Assembly (NCBI GenBank): GCA_963760795.1
Contig: CAVXEP010000012.1
Span: 288,001-352,000, forward strand
Reading direction: 5' to 3'
DNA from: an uncultured delta proteobacterium
Lineage (GTDB): Bacteria; Desulfobacterota; Binatia; UBA9968
DNA: 64,000 bases
The notes below the pieces were generated by a model. It searched no databases. It was not told the DNA's origin and was given only the letters and a program-made list of their open reading frames with translations. Shown piece by piece: positions 30,812 to 41,339 of the stretch. The number at the start of each line of letters is the position of its first letter. Within the stretch, counting starts at the first letter, position 1. The position numbers and the translations under genes are program-made.

Positions 30812-33800
30812 TTAATGTGCCCCTTCATGAGTTGGCACCGCCGGAAGCGCATCCGCGGCTGATTTCTTTTTTCTCCCCAAGCCCTCGACGAAGGAGAAGT
30901 TGCCGGGTATCAGAAACACTCCCAGAAACGTAGCAACCAACATTCCCCAGAAGACCGCGGTACCCATGACGTTCTGCGCGCCGGCGCCGGCGCCGCTCGC
31001 GAGCATCAGGGGTACGACACCCAGGATGAAGGCAAACGCGGTCATGAGAATCGGCCGGAAGCGCAGCCGTGCGGATTCCAGGGCGGCTTCCTGAACCGGC
31101 ATGCCTTCATCGTGTTTCGCTTTGGCGAACTCGACGATCAGAATCGCGTTTTTAGCGGCAAGACCGATCAGCATGATATTGCCTACCTGGACGTAGACAT
31201 TATTGTCGTAGCCCATCAGCCAGACGCCGAAGAACGAGCCCAAAACAACCAGTGGCGAGCCCAGCAAGACCGCCCACGGCAGGCGCCAGCTTTCATACAT
31301 GGCGGCCAGCAGGAGAAACACGAAAACGATTGCGAGACCTAAGGTCGGTCCCGCCGGCGGCGCAACTTTTTCCTGATAGGAAAGACTTGAATAGGCAAAG
31401 CCCATCTCCTTTGGCATCGTCTGCTTAAAGACCTCCTCCAGTGCAGCCAGGGACTGGCCGGAGGTATAACCGCGGCCCGACACGCCGTTAATCTCGACCG
31501 AGCGAAACAGGTTGAAACGCAGCGTGATCTCGGTGCCGCCTTCAGAGGTAATGTTAATTAGGGTGGAAAGCGGGATCATCGTATTGGTGGTGCGGCTGCG
31601 CACATAAATATCACCGATATCTTTGGGCTTGCGGCGATAGTCGGCCTCGGACTGCACGTAGACACGGAACAGACGGCCGAAACGGTTAAAGTCGTTTACA
31701 TAGCTGCCGCCCATGCTGGCCGATAGCGCTTGAAATGCTTCGTTGATCGGCACCCCGAGCTTGCGCGCCTTCTCGCGGTCGAGATCCACCTTCACTTGAG
31801 GATAGCGGGGATCGAAGGAAGTGAAGAGATTGGCCAGCTCGGGCCGTTTTCGCGCTGCCTCGAGAAACTGCCGGGTATTATCGCCGAGCTGCTGCACGGT
31901 AAGCGCGCCACTGCGGTCCTGCAGCAAAAAATTAAACCCGGCCGACGCGCCAAAGCCGGAGATCGTCGGAATGTTGAAGGGAAAGATGATCGCCTCAGAA
32001 ATGTTCGCCACCTGCCTCTGCAAATTAGCCATCATGCCGCGCACATGGAGCGCGTCGGAAGAGCGCTCGTCCCATGGCTTCATACGGACGAAAATCGTCC
32101 CGAAATTGGGTTGATAGGTGCTCGTGACCACGCCGTAGCCGCCAATGGTCGTGAAAGAGTCAACGCCTTCGGTTTTGCTCAAGATCTGCTCGACCTGGGA
32201 TAGCACCCTACCCGTGCGTTCGAGAGACGCCGCGGGCGGCAAGGTGACGTTGACCCCGAAGAGTCCTTGGTCTTCTTCTGGGATGAACCCCGCCGGCAGC
32301 GCGCTGCCGAAAAGGCCGGCGCCGACGGCCACCGCGGCGACGATGACAATGGTAAGTATCGACCGTCGCACCAGCAATTGTACGACGCCCATGTATGAGT
32401 TCGTGGTGCGATCGAATACGCGGTTGAACCAGCCGAAGAATTTTCCCAGCGGCCCCCTGGCCGGGCCGTGGTGCGCCTTGAGCAGCATGGCGCAGAGCGC
32501 CGGCGCAAGCGACAACGCGGCGAAAGCCGAGAGCAACACCGAAATCGCGATGGTCAAGGCGAATTGCTTGTACATCTGTCCGGTGAGACCGCCGACGAAA
32601 GCGACCGGCACGAAGACCGCCGAGAGAATAAGCGCGATGCCGACAACCGGAGCTGAGACTTCCTTCATCGCTTGGATGGTCGCTTCCTTCGGGTTCAACC
32701 CATGCTCGATGTGGTGCATCACGGCTTCGACCACGACGATGGCGTCGTCGACGACAATGCCGATGGCGAGCACCAGGCCGAACATCGAGAGAGTGTTCAC
32801 CGAGAAGCCGAGCATCGGGAAAAAAATGAACGTGCCGATCAGCGACACGGGCACGGTCAGTAGCGGAATGATCGTCGCGCGCAGGTTTTGCAGAAAGATA
32901 AAAACCACCAGTGTCACCAAGATGATCGCCTCGATGAAGGTATGTACGATGCCTTCGATGGAGGCATTGACCGCCGGTGTGGTGTCATAGACGATCTTGT
33001 AGTCCATGTCCGGCGGAAACAGCGCTTTACCCTGGCGCAGGGTCTCGTAGATCGCTTCGGACGCCTTGAGTTGATTTGCCCCTGGCAACAGATAGACGGC
33101 CATCGTGCCGGATGGCTTGCCGTCGAGCCGTCCGAAGGAGTCGTAGTTCTGCGAGCCTAACTCGGCACGTCCGACGTCCTTGACGCGGATCTGCGCGCCG
33201 GTGGCAGTCTCGCGGATGATGATGTTTTCGAATTCGTCGGCATTCACCAATCGCCCGGGGGCGCTCACCGTGTAAGTAAATTCCTGGTCTTTCGGTGACG
33301 GCGCGGCGCCGACGCGCCCGGCCGGGGCTTGCAAGTTCTGCTCTTTGATTGCGTTGATCACATCGGCAGGTGTGAGCGCGAGTTTCGCCAATTTGTCGGG
33401 GCGCAGCCAAATGCGCATGCCATAATCCGCGCCGCCGAAAAGATCGACCTGGGCAATGCCGGGTATGCGCAGCAGCTGATCGCGCAGGTTGATGCCGGAA
33501 TAGTTAATCAAAAAGTTCGCATCGTAGCTCCCTTTGGGCGAGTAGATAGAGATGAGCATCAGAATGCTCGGGCTCTGCTTTTTGACCGTGACACCCTGCT
33601 GGACCACCTCCTGCGGCAGTCGCGCCTGAGCCGACGAGACCCGGTTTTGCGTCAGCACGTTGGCCGTGTCCTGGTCGACGCCGACTTCGAAGTTGACATC
33701 GAGCTGCATGCGGCCGTCGCTGGTGTTCGACGACTTCATGTAAATCATCCTGTCGACGCCGTTGACTTCCTGCTCGATCGGCGTCGCCACCGATTGTTCC

Positions 33801-33970
33801 ACCGCCACCGCGGAAGCGCCCGGGTAGGTCGCCGTGACTCGAATCGAAGGCGGCGCCAGGAATGGGTACTGCTCGATGGAGAGACCGGTGAGGCTGAACA
33901 GTCCCATCAAAACTAGCAGGATCGAAATGACGATAGCGACGATGGGCCGGCGGATGAAAAAGTTTGCCAT
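30812..33970 (-). CDS. HAE1 RND efflux permease
   Basis: FFIRRPI, AIGIVVDDAIVVVE, GLAAKNAILIVEFA, RFRPILMT. Confidence 0.96.
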   Translation of the reverse strand: MANFFIRRPIVAIVISILLVLMGLFSLTGLSIEQYPFLAPPSIRVTATYPGASAVAVEQSVATPIEQEVNGVDRMIYMKSSNTSDGRMQLDVNFEVGVDQDTANVLTQNRVSSAQARLPQEVVQQGVTVKKQSPSILMLISIYSPKGSYDANFLINYSGINLRDQLLRIPGIAQVDLFGGADYGMRIWLRPDKLAKLALTPADVINAIKEQNLQAPAGRVGAAPSPKDQEFTYTVSAPGRLVNADEFENIIIRETATGAQIRVKDVGRAELGSQNYDSFGRLDGKPSGTMAVYLLPGANQLKASEAIYETLRQGKALFPPDMDYKIVYDTTPAVNASIEGIVHTFIEAIILVTLVVFIFLQNLRATIIPLLTVPVSLIGTFIFFPMLGFSVNTLSMFGLVLAIGIVVDDAIVVVEAVMHHIEHGLNPKEATIQAMKEVSAPVVGIALILSAVFVPVAFVGGLTGQMYKQFALTIAISVLLSAFAALSLAPALCAMLLKAHHGPARGPLGKFFGWFNRVFDRTTNSYMGVVQLLVRRSILTIVIVAAVAVGAGLFGSALPAGFIPEEDQGLFGVNVTLPPAASLERTGRVLSQVEQILSKTEGVDSFTTIGGYGVVTSTYQPNFGTIFVRMKPWDERSSDALHVRGMMANLQRQVANISEAIIFPFNIPTISGFGASAGFNFLLQDRSGALTVQQLGDNTRQFLEAARKRPELANLFTSFDPRYPQVKVDLDREKARKLGVPINEAFQALSASMGGSYVNDFNRFGRLFRVYVQSEADYRRKPKDIGDIYVRSRTTNTMIPLSTLINITSEGGTEITLRFNLFRSVEINGVSGRGYTSGQSLAALEEVFKQTMPKEMGFAYSSLSYQEKVAPPAGPTLGLAIVFVFLLLAAMYESWRLPWAVLLGSPLVVLGSFFGVWLMGYDNNVYVQVGNIMLIGLAAKNAILIVEFAKAKHDEGMPVQEAALESARLRFRPILMTAFAFILGVVPLMLASGAGAGAQNVMGTAVFWGMLVATFLGVFLIPGNFSFVEGLGRKKKSAADALPAVPTHEGAH

Positions 33971-33973
33971 GGC

Positions 33974-35215
33974 CTATTTTCCCCCCGCTCCCTTGGCCTT
34001 GCTCTCGGCCGGCGGCGCACTTGCGGGAGGCGCACTTGCCGGCGGCGAAGGTGCTTCTTCGAGCTTCACCGTCTTGGCGCTGACCTGCACCCCCGGCTTC
34101 ACTTTTTGCAGCCCTTCCACGATGACCTTTTCGCCCGGCTTCACTCCCGAATCGATGACCCAGAGATTGCCGACCCGTTCGCCGGCTTTGACCATGCGCT
34201 GCTCCACAGTATTGTCCGGCTTTACGACCATGACGTTGTAGAGCCCTTGAATCTCCTGCACCGCGAGTTGAGGCACAAGCAGGGCGTCTTCCTTGAGATC
34301 GGTTACGAACCGGGCTTTCCCATACTGGCCCGGGCGTAAAATGAGCTGGGGATTGGGAAAGCTGAACTGCCCGGTCAGGGTGCCGGTGGCAGCGTCCACG
34401 GCCCGCTCAATCGCATCGAGACGACCTTTGTGGGCAAAAACGGTTCCGTCCGCAAGGATCAGCTCGACGCCGAATTTTTTCTCGAGGGACTTATCTTTAC
34501 CACCGGCGCTCGCCCGCGCGAGTCTTAGATATTCCGCCTCGGCGATCGCGCAGCGGAACAGGATCGGGTTGACCTGCGAGATGGTGTTGAGCAGGGTATT
34601 TTCACCGCGCCCGACCAAGGCGCCGACTTTCTTCTGCGTCGTCCCGATAAGCCCGTCAACCGGCGAGGTAACTGTCGTGTAAAGGAGTTCGAGTTTGGCT
34701 TTCGCAACCACCGCATCGTAAGCTGTAACCTGAAAGCGAGCGGCATCTTGCGCGGACAACGCATTGTCCAATTCCTGTTGACTAACGGCCTTCTGCGCGG
34801 CCAGCGGTTTATATCGGGCGACATCGTTATTGGTTTTATCCAGTCGCGACTGAGCCGTCGACAGGTTGGCCTGGGCTTGAGCCAATGCCGCCTCAAGCTG
34901 CTGCGGGTCAATCTTGTAGAGCAGTTGTCCTTTCTTAACGAATGAACCCTCGGTGAAGTTAACGGAAGCAAGGTAACCTTCCACGCGCGCGCGGATCTCT
35001 ACGTCCTCCGAACCCAGCGTGGCGCCGACAAGCTCGATGTAAATCGGCACGTCTTTTTGCACGACTGCGGCTACCTGAACCTCTGGCGGAGGAGGCGGCG
35101 GGGGCGGCTCTTTTTTTGAGCAGGCAACGGTAGCCGCTAGAACAAGGCAAGTGATAAGAGTCGCCAGCAGCCCCGCAGATCGCTCTCGACTCAACCCAGC
35201 ATCAAGACAAATCAC
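33974..35215 (-). CDS. RND periplasmic adaptor (MFP)
   Basis: Lipobox VAC, EIRARVEG, VKKGQLLYKID, LRPGQY, GEKVIVEGLQK. Confidence 0.93.
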   Translation of the reverse strand: MICLDAGLSRERSAGLLATLITCLVLAATVACSKKEPPPPPPPPEVQVAAVVQKDVPIYIELVGATLGSEDVEIRARVEGYLASVNFTEGSFVKKGQLLYKIDPQQLEAALAQAQANLSTAQSRLDKTNNDVARYKPLAAQKAVSQQELDNALSAQDAARFQVTAYDAVVAKAKLELLYTTVTSPVDGLIGTTQKKVGALVGRGENTLLNTISQVNPILFRCAIAEAEYLRLARASAGGKDKSLEKKFGVELILADGTVFAHKGRLDAIERAVDAATGTLTGQFSFPNPQLILRPGQYGKARFVTDLKEDALLVPQLAVQEIQGLYNVMVVKPDNTVEQRMVKAGERVGNLWVIDSGVKPGEKVIVEGLQKVKPGVQVSAKTVKLEEAPSPPASAPPASAPPAESKAKGAGGK

Positions 35216-35381
35216 GATATCCCCCCAAACTTTCTATGCGCTGATTGCTCAATTGTTTCCTGACATTCGTCAGCGGATTTCGGTCGCGCAAAAGTGCCGC
35301 TATCAGCTTCACTAAGCATACGTGAGCGACCAACCTGGTCAACCGTAAATCTTAATTATCAAAACGTCGCGATCCCGTACA

Positions 35382-35397
35382 TTGGACCTTAGTCCAA
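35382..35397. promoter_or_regulatory. Palindromic operator TTGGAC-CTTA-GTCCAA upstream of the RND operon
   Basis: Identical to 16621-16636; flanks CA/TG extend the symmetry. Confidence 0.75.
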
Positions 35398-35550
35398 TGA
35401 TGGCGCGTACGTGAACTAGCGTTTAGGTGGTCGGGAAAGTTCTATTCCATCAATCCATCCTGTGCAACATCTCGCGCCGGTAATCGTGGCGCTACCGATC
35501 GGTGCGGTCGCGTCAATGATGGCAATGCCATTCTGCCTCCGATAAAATTT

Positions 35551-36981
35551 TTACAGCAGCGGGAAATCGTAGTTAAGAATAAATCGATAATCGTGCTGGC
35601 TGTCTTTGGGGCCTTGATACTGATGCACCCGGGAGTAACGGAATCGCCACGAGAATCCTTTGAGAAAACTCCACTTGGGACGCCATTGGAAATCGGCGTT
35701 AAATTCGTTTTGATCTGCGACGCCGGCTTTTGTCAATGGATCGACTCTGCCCCAGCCATGAACGAAAAGTGCGTAGGCGGACACCCCTTCCAGACCAAGA
35801 CGAGAGAAGTCGTAAGATAACTTGGTGACGACTGCTTGTTCTTCCGCCCGATTGAAATCCTGTACCTGGCTGCTGGTGTAACCCGGATAGCCGCTCCAGG
35901 GGTTTTGCATGTCATCGCTACGTAATGTGTTCGTGTAACCGAGCGTGAAAACCGCGCTTTTATAACTCACGTCGCTCTTCACGCCGACCTGATTGGTGAT
36001 AAACGAACGGCCATTAAGTTCCTTCCTCACACTGCGCTGGTCCGCCACCTGAAAAGCCATCAACGCGCCGAGCTCCTTGGTGATGGGCAAGCTGTACTTG
36101 GTCTCGGTGTAGAAAATATTGATGATGTCGTTCGAATAGTAGTTGACGGCGCCAAGGGAAAATTTCCCGTAGGTAAATGTGCCGCCAGCCACCGCGACGC
36201 CGCGCTTCACGTCGGCGCCGGCGTCCTTCGACATCCAGACGAAGTCATCCGAGTTGCGCTCTTTGATCTTGGTGATGTAGCCGCCGCCGTAGCGGAATCC
36301 CGGCGCGCCGTCCTTGCCGCCAAAATTTCCCTGCAGTGTGTAACCCTCAAACGTGTTGGGGCTCATCCGAGCGTCGTTCTTGCCGATAAACGGCGTGTCG
36401 TATTCGTAGCGGTAGAGATTGACGACATGATCTTCAAAGAGCTTCACCCGCGCGTAGAGCTGGCCCAGCACGCTGAATATCCATGCTGGCCCGGCTTGAG
36501 CAATAGCGTGCCGTCCTTCTCCTGCGGGCCATAGAGATTTTCTGACCAATAGAAGAGTTGTGCCGACCATCACCCGGTCGAGCAGCCAGCCGGATTTGTA
36601 CGCCAGCGCGCCGCCCATCGCCCAAGCCGCGCTGACGCTGTTGTCGAAATTGTCGCGGCTGAAGTAAAAGCTGCGCAGATTGAGGTCGAGCTCGGTATCG
36701 CGAAAAAACGCCGGGGTGTCCTTTAATTCCTCCTTGAGCCAGGGAAAAAATCCTGGTCGGCGAATTCGTTCCCTGAAGGAGCGCTCGATGGGCGTAATAA
36801 TTTCATCGACTGAAGTCGGCGTCGGCTCTTCTTGCGAGATCACGTCCTGGGCCCAGCTCCGTGCAGCCGAGCCGAACAGCAGGAACAGTATCAGCGCTAT
36901 CGTTAACATCACAAACATCGCGCGCGGCGCTAGCCGGCGCCCAATCGGGGAAACCATCAATGGACCTTTTTGCTCATTCAT
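35551..36981 (-). CDS. OprD family outer membrane porin (compensated frameshift at ~36480-36560)
   Basis: LNLRSFYF, NDARMSPNTFEG, DFNRAEE, C-terminal YRFILNYDFPLL. The plausible segment YWSENLYGPQEKDGTLLLKPGQHG lies in another frame. Confidence 0.85.
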   Translation of the reverse strand: MNEQKGPLMVSPIGRRLAPRAMFVMLTIALILFLLFGSAARSWAQDVISQEEPTPTSVDEIITPIERSFRERIRRPGFFPWLKEELKDTPAFFRDTELDLNLRSFYFSRDNFDNSVSAAWAMGGALAYKSGWLLDRVMVGTTLLLVRKSLWPAGEGRHAIAQAGPAWIFSVLGQLYARVKLFEDHVVNLYRYEYDTPFIGKNDARMSPNTFEGYTLQGNFGGKDGAPGFRYGGGYITKIKERNSDDFVWMSKDAGADVKRGVAVAGGTFTYGKFSLGAVNYYSNDIINIFYTETKYSLPITKELGALMAFQVADQRSVRKELNGRSFITNQVGVKSDVSYKSAVFTLGYTNTLRSDDMQNPWSGYPGYTSSQVQDFNRAEEQAVVTKLSYDFSRLGLEGVSAYALFVHGWGRVDPLTKAGVADQNEFNADFQWRPKWSFLKGFSWRFRYSRVHQYQGPKDSQHDYRFILNYDFPLL

Positions 36982-37014
36982 GACTCACCTCCAACAAATT
37001 GGATTACTCGACCT

Positions 37015-37824
37015 CTAATAACCACGATCTTCCCAGACCAAGGGCGGACTCTGCCAATCGAATCGGATCGCGAAAACACGCAAAAAAAATGTCGTGGCAA
37101 TCGCCATCAGCGCGGCGGCTTGAACCTCCATGCGCACCCAGTAGACCAGTGAGACAAACAGCGCCGAGCCGACTACCGCCGCCAGGGCGTAAAACTGGCC
37201 AGGCTTGAATAACAGTGGAACTTCCCGGGTGAGCACATCCCGCAACAACCCGCCGCCGACCGCATTGACGGCGCCGACGAGAATCGCCGAACCGATCGGC
37301 AGTCCCCGATCCAGTGATTTCTGCGCGCCGACGACCGCGTAAATGCCCAGGCCGAGGGCATCCACCAGAGATAAGGTTAAACCGTATGTCTTTGCCAGGT
37401 GCTGCTCTAGATTGATTCGTTCGAAAATACTTTTTTGACCGGACCCGGCTTGCGGACCGCTCGACCGCGGCGGCAATTTGTCTGTCGATGAGCCCATTTC
37501 ACTTTGAGGCATTGGCACGACGCTAAGGATGCGCCGGACCGCGGGTACGAAGCGGCCGATCAATATTGTCAAAAAAACCGCCAACGTGACCAGAGGCAAA
37601 TAATAAACTTCGGTGATCGCCACCGGCGGGCCCGAGGAGATAAAAACTCCATCCCGAACCAGGCCGCCGCCTAAGGCTGTGGCAAACGCCAGGGCAAAAA
37701 CTCCGATGATATCGTAACGGCGCCGCATGCCGGCTAATGCACCGGTAATCGCAAACAAGAATGTTGCCGTCAAATCGAAGGCCACCGGAAGATGAAATTC
37801 GCCGCTTAAAGTTATAGCGCGCAT
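37015..37824 (-). CDS. TRIC/UPF0126 membrane protein (paralog of 27756-28541)
   Basis: Same twin-repeat motifs; starts 4 bp after the aspT stop. Confidence 0.9.
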   Translation of the reverse strand: MRAITLSGEFHLPVAFDLTATFLFAITGALAGMRRRYDIIGVFALAFATALGGGLVRDGVFISSGPPVAITEVYYLPLVTLAVFLTILIGRFVPAVRRILSVVPMPQSEMGSSTDKLPPRSSGPQAGSGQKSIFERINLEQHLAKTYGLTLSLVDALGLGIYAVVGAQKSLDRGLPIGSAILVGAVNAVGGGLLRDVLTREVPLLFKPGQFYALAAVVGSALFVSLVYWVRMEVQAAALMAIATTFFLRVFAIRFDWQSPPLVWEDRGY

Positions 37825-37828
37825 GGCC

Positions 37829-39535
37829 TCAGTTCCCCGCCGACATCAATGCGACGATGACCGGTCCCCAGGCCGTCAGCACAATGTTGCCGACGGCGTA
37901 AGGCACTGTGTAGCCCAAGGCGGGCAGCTTGCTCTGCGCCTCGTCCTGGATCGCGCGCAGCGCGGCGGTCATCGTGCCGGCCCCGGAGCAGGCGCCCAAG
38001 AGAATAACCGGATTCATCTTCAAGACGTAGCGGCCAAAGAGAATGGCCACGATGTGCGGCAGCAAGGCTGCCACGAAACCTACGAAGACGAGGCTGATGC
38101 CGGACTTCTGCAGGCCGGAAATAAAGCTCGGCCCCGCCGTCAAGCCGACCACGCCGATAAACACGCTCAAGCCAACCATGTCGAAAACCCACATCGCCGC
38201 CTCGGGAATGCGACCGAACGCCGGAAACACAGAGCGCAGCCAACCGAACACCAGTCCCATGATGAGAGCGCCGCCGCTGGCGGTGAGCGTGATTGGCAGT
38301 CCGGCGACATTCACAGTCAGGAGGCCGACCAGCCCGCCGAGCACGATGCCGGTGCCGACGAAAACCATGTCGGTCGCCGTGGTTGGCCAATCAGCGTAGC
38401 CGATTACGCCCACGGCTCGATCGACATCGCCTTTGGCGCCCAACAGGCCCAGTAAGTCACCGCGTTCAACCTGCATCGTCGGAGTAACGGGCATCTCCTG
38501 TCCGGCGCGCATGAGCTTACGCACAAAGACGCCGCGAAACTGCGTCCGCCAGGGCTCCGACTCGGCGAGTTCCCTAAGAGTTTTACCGACGAGCGCCTTA
38601 TTCGTCAGCACCACGTCCAAAATTTCCACGGGAAAATCGAGTAGCTCTTTGTCATCGACTTCGGGGCCGATGACCGTTCCGCGCCCGACCAGAACCTCTT
38701 CTCTGGCGGTTACCACGATTACGTCGTCGAGATGAACGACCGTGTCAGGACCAGCCTCGATGATCGCGCCGCCGCGACGGATGCGCTGAACAAAAACCCG
38801 AACATCCTTGGGCATGGCTTCAAGCGTGGCGACAGTCTGGTTGACGAGCTTTTCGTTGGCCACGCGGTAGGCGCGCACGCCGAAGGCGCGGGAGGCCGAG
38901 ATAATTCCGGGCTGCGCCTCCACTCCGCCCGACACCTGCGCCTGCATTTTCTTGGCCTCGTCCTTGAGATTTATTCCCATCAACTTCGGCCCAATGTTCG
39001 GCAGGAACCAAACAACCGCAGTGGTTCCGACAAGATAAGTGACCGCATAAGCAACTGGAATATTGTTCAGCAGTCGGGCTTTCTCTTCCGCCGAAATCGC
39101 CAGGCGATTGATCGCGTCGCCCGCCGTGCCGATCACAGTGGACTCGGTAAAAGCCCCAGCCAGCAGGCCGGCTGCCGTGCCGATGTCGTAGCCAAGAAAC
39201 TTCGCCGCGATGAACGCGGTAACGAGACAAGTGGTGCAGAGAACCAAGGTGAGCGCCAATTGCGACAGCGCATCTTTCTTGAGGCCGCGAAAAAATTGCG
39301 GACCGACTTTATAGCCGGTGGTAAATAGAAATAAATCGAAAAAGACCGTCTTTACGAGTGCCGGAACTTTGATGTCGAGCTGTCCGATGATAACGCCGGC
39401 GAACAGAGTGCCGACAACAGTTCCCAGGCTGAAGCCGCCGATCTTAATTTTACCGATAGAAAAGCCGATGGCGAGCGCGAGGAAGATCGCCAGCTCCGGA
39501 TTTTGCTGCAGGGCTTTGACGAAGTAGTCCATCAT
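37829..39535 (-). CDS. aspT: Aspartate:alanine antiporter (AAE family)
   Basis: NPELAIFLALAIG, GYKVGPQFF, TrkA-C-like central loop, PALGYTVPYAVGN; next to aspD. Confidence 0.92.
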   Translation of the reverse strand: MMDYFVKALQQNPELAIFLALAIGFSIGKIKIGGFSLGTVVGTLFAGVIIGQLDIKVPALVKTVFFDLFLFTTGYKVGPQFFRGLKKDALSQLALTLVLCTTCLVTAFIAAKFLGYDIGTAAGLLAGAFTESTVIGTAGDAINRLAISAEEKARLLNNIPVAYAVTYLVGTTAVVWFLPNIGPKLMGINLKDEAKKMQAQVSGGVEAQPGIISASRAFGVRAYRVANEKLVNQTVATLEAMPKDVRVFVQRIRRGGAIIEAGPDTVVHLDDVIVVTAREEVLVGRGTVIGPEVDDKELLDFPVEILDVVLTNKALVGKTLRELAESEPWRTQFRGVFVRKLMRAGQEMPVTPTMQVERGDLLGLLGAKGDVDRAVGVIGYADWPTTATDMVFVGTGIVLGGLVGLLTVNVAGLPITLTASGGALIMGLVFGWLRSVFPAFGRIPEAAMWVFDMVGLSVFIGVVGLTAGPSFISGLQKSGISLVFVGFVAALLPHIVAILFGRYVLKMNPVILLGACSGAGTMTAALRAIQDEAQSKLPALGYTVPYAVGNIVLTAWGPVIVALMSAGN

Positions 39536-39651
39536 TGCTATCTCCTGGTCGTCATGGCCGCGTCATCTTCGCATCCATTTCCTCAACGGTTTTATGCCAA
39601 CGTTCTGTCGATCTACCTGGCACTCTCGCGCCCGCGATGGCGCTACTCAAG

Positions 39652-41295
39652 CTAGCGTTTCGCCTTGGGCGCCTTCCTGGCCCCGGCCGGCGCGACGCTC
39701 TTGCCCGTGGCTGCCTCATAGGCGAGGCGGTAGCCGCGCGCAATCGCGCGCACCGCCCGGCCGATGTCGTCGTAAACATGATCATCCAGGTTCGCGAACG
39801 ATATGCGCACCGACCAGTCCGGCGCGGCAAAGCCGCTGCCGTTGAGCAGCACGATGCCGTGGTCCTCGGCCAGCCGGAACACGATGTCGAGCGGATGGAC
39901 GTTGGCCTTCATCCACTTGACGGCATCTTCGCCCAGGTTCTTGCGGGCAAAGAACTCGAAGTCGATCAGGCCATAATAGTAGTCGAAGAGCGGGTTCTCG
40001 CCGACTTCGATGCCCAGCCCCTCGATGGTCGCCCTAACCCGGTTCTTGACGATGCCGATGCAGGCTTTCTGGTAGTCTTTTTTTTCGTCCATCAACTCGC
40101 TCAGCGAAAACAGCGTCATCATGACCTGCTGCGGTAGCGACAGTCCCGCCGTGTGATTGAGCGCGACGTCGCGGCTGTCGGCGACGATGCGGTCGATGAA
40201 CGCGATCTTGCGGGGCTCGAGCGACAGTCCGCCGTAGCGCTTGTCCAGCAGCTTCTTGATCGGCTCGGGATGCTTCGCGATCATTTCGTCGAAGATGTTG
40301 TCCTCGTGCACCGCGATCGTGCCCAGGCGCCAGCCGGTGCAGCCGAAGTACTTGCTATAGGAGTAGACGCCGATGGTGTTCCTGGGGAACTCGCCCATCA
40401 GCGAGCGGAAGCCGGGCACGAAGGTGCCGTAGACGTCGTCCGTCAGCAGGATCAGATCCGGCCGCTTCTTGAGCACGTCGCCGATCTTCTTGATTGTCTC
40501 GGGCGAGAGCGCCACGGCGTACGGGTTGCCCGGGTTGACGATAAAGAACGCCTTGACCTTCGGGTCGAGAAGCTTTTTGAGCTCTTCATCCGTGTATTGG
40601 AACCGGTTCTCCTGCGGCGCGGCGACCTCGACGAAATGGAGGTCGTAGTCCTCCAGATGCGCCATCTCGATATACGGGGTGAAGATCGGCACGCCGAGCG
40701 CGATCGTGTCGCCGGGGTTGATAATCCGGTTGCTCTTCAGCGACTTGAAAATGTAGCACATGGCGGCGGTGCCGCCCTCGACCGCGTAGAGCTTGAACGT
40801 GCCTTTCGGGTGAGGGTTTCCGCACATCGCCCACTGCAGGTACTCGTGGACGATCTGCTCGTTGTGCACCAGCATGCGGTCCGGCACCGGATAGTGGTCG
40901 CCGATGATGGAGTCCACCAGCTCGTGCACGAACTTGTCCGGGTCGAAGGCGAACTTCTTCACGGCCCACGGCACCATCGCCTGTAGAAAGGGCGCACCCG
41001 GCATGTCGTCGTGCTTGGTCAGCCAGGCTTCAAGCCGCGCGGCGATGCCCGCTGCCTTGGGCATGCCGCCCACGCCCGGCGGCAGGTCGAGCACGCGCTT
41101 GCTCTCCGTGACCGCGAACTGCCCGAGCAGGAAGAACGCCTCGCGCGGCTCGGTGGCGACCCAGTTTGGGTTGCCGCGACCGGCGTTCAGGTACGAGCTG
41201 GATGATTCCAGCGCGGCCTTCGTCGCCACCTTGGCGAGGAAGTCCTTGATCTCGAACGGGCCCAGCTTCTCGTATTGGGTAAAGTCGGTGGTCAT
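39652..41295 (-). CDS. aspD: Aspartate 4-decarboxylase
   Basis: LNAGRGNPNW, EGGTAAMCYIF, TDDVYGTF, YSYSKYFGCTGWRLG (PLP lysine), HTAGLSLPQQ. Confidence 0.95.
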   Translation of the reverse strand: MTTDFTQYEKLGPFEIKDFLAKVATKAALESSSSYLNAGRGNPNWVATEPREAFFLLGQFAVTESKRVLDLPPGVGGMPKAAGIAARLEAWLTKHDDMPGAPFLQAMVPWAVKKFAFDPDKFVHELVDSIIGDHYPVPDRMLVHNEQIVHEYLQWAMCGNPHPKGTFKLYAVEGGTAAMCYIFKSLKSNRIINPGDTIALGVPIFTPYIEMAHLEDYDLHFVEVAAPQENRFQYTDEELKKLLDPKVKAFFIVNPGNPYAVALSPETIKKIGDVLKKRPDLILLTDDVYGTFVPGFRSLMGEFPRNTIGVYSYSKYFGCTGWRLGTIAVHEDNIFDEMIAKHPEPIKKLLDKRYGGLSLEPRKIAFIDRIVADSRDVALNHTAGLSLPQQVMMTLFSLSELMDEKKDYQKACIGIVKNRVRATIEGLGIEVGENPLFDYYYGLIDFEFFARKNLGEDAVKWMKANVHPLDIVFRLAEDHGIVLLNGSGFAAPDWSVRISFANLDDHVYDDIGRAVRAIARGYRLAYEAATGKSVAPAGARKAPKAKR

Positions 41296-41339
41296 TGGTT
41301 TCTCCTCCTGTTATTTTTCATGTTAGAGAAATGTCCCCG

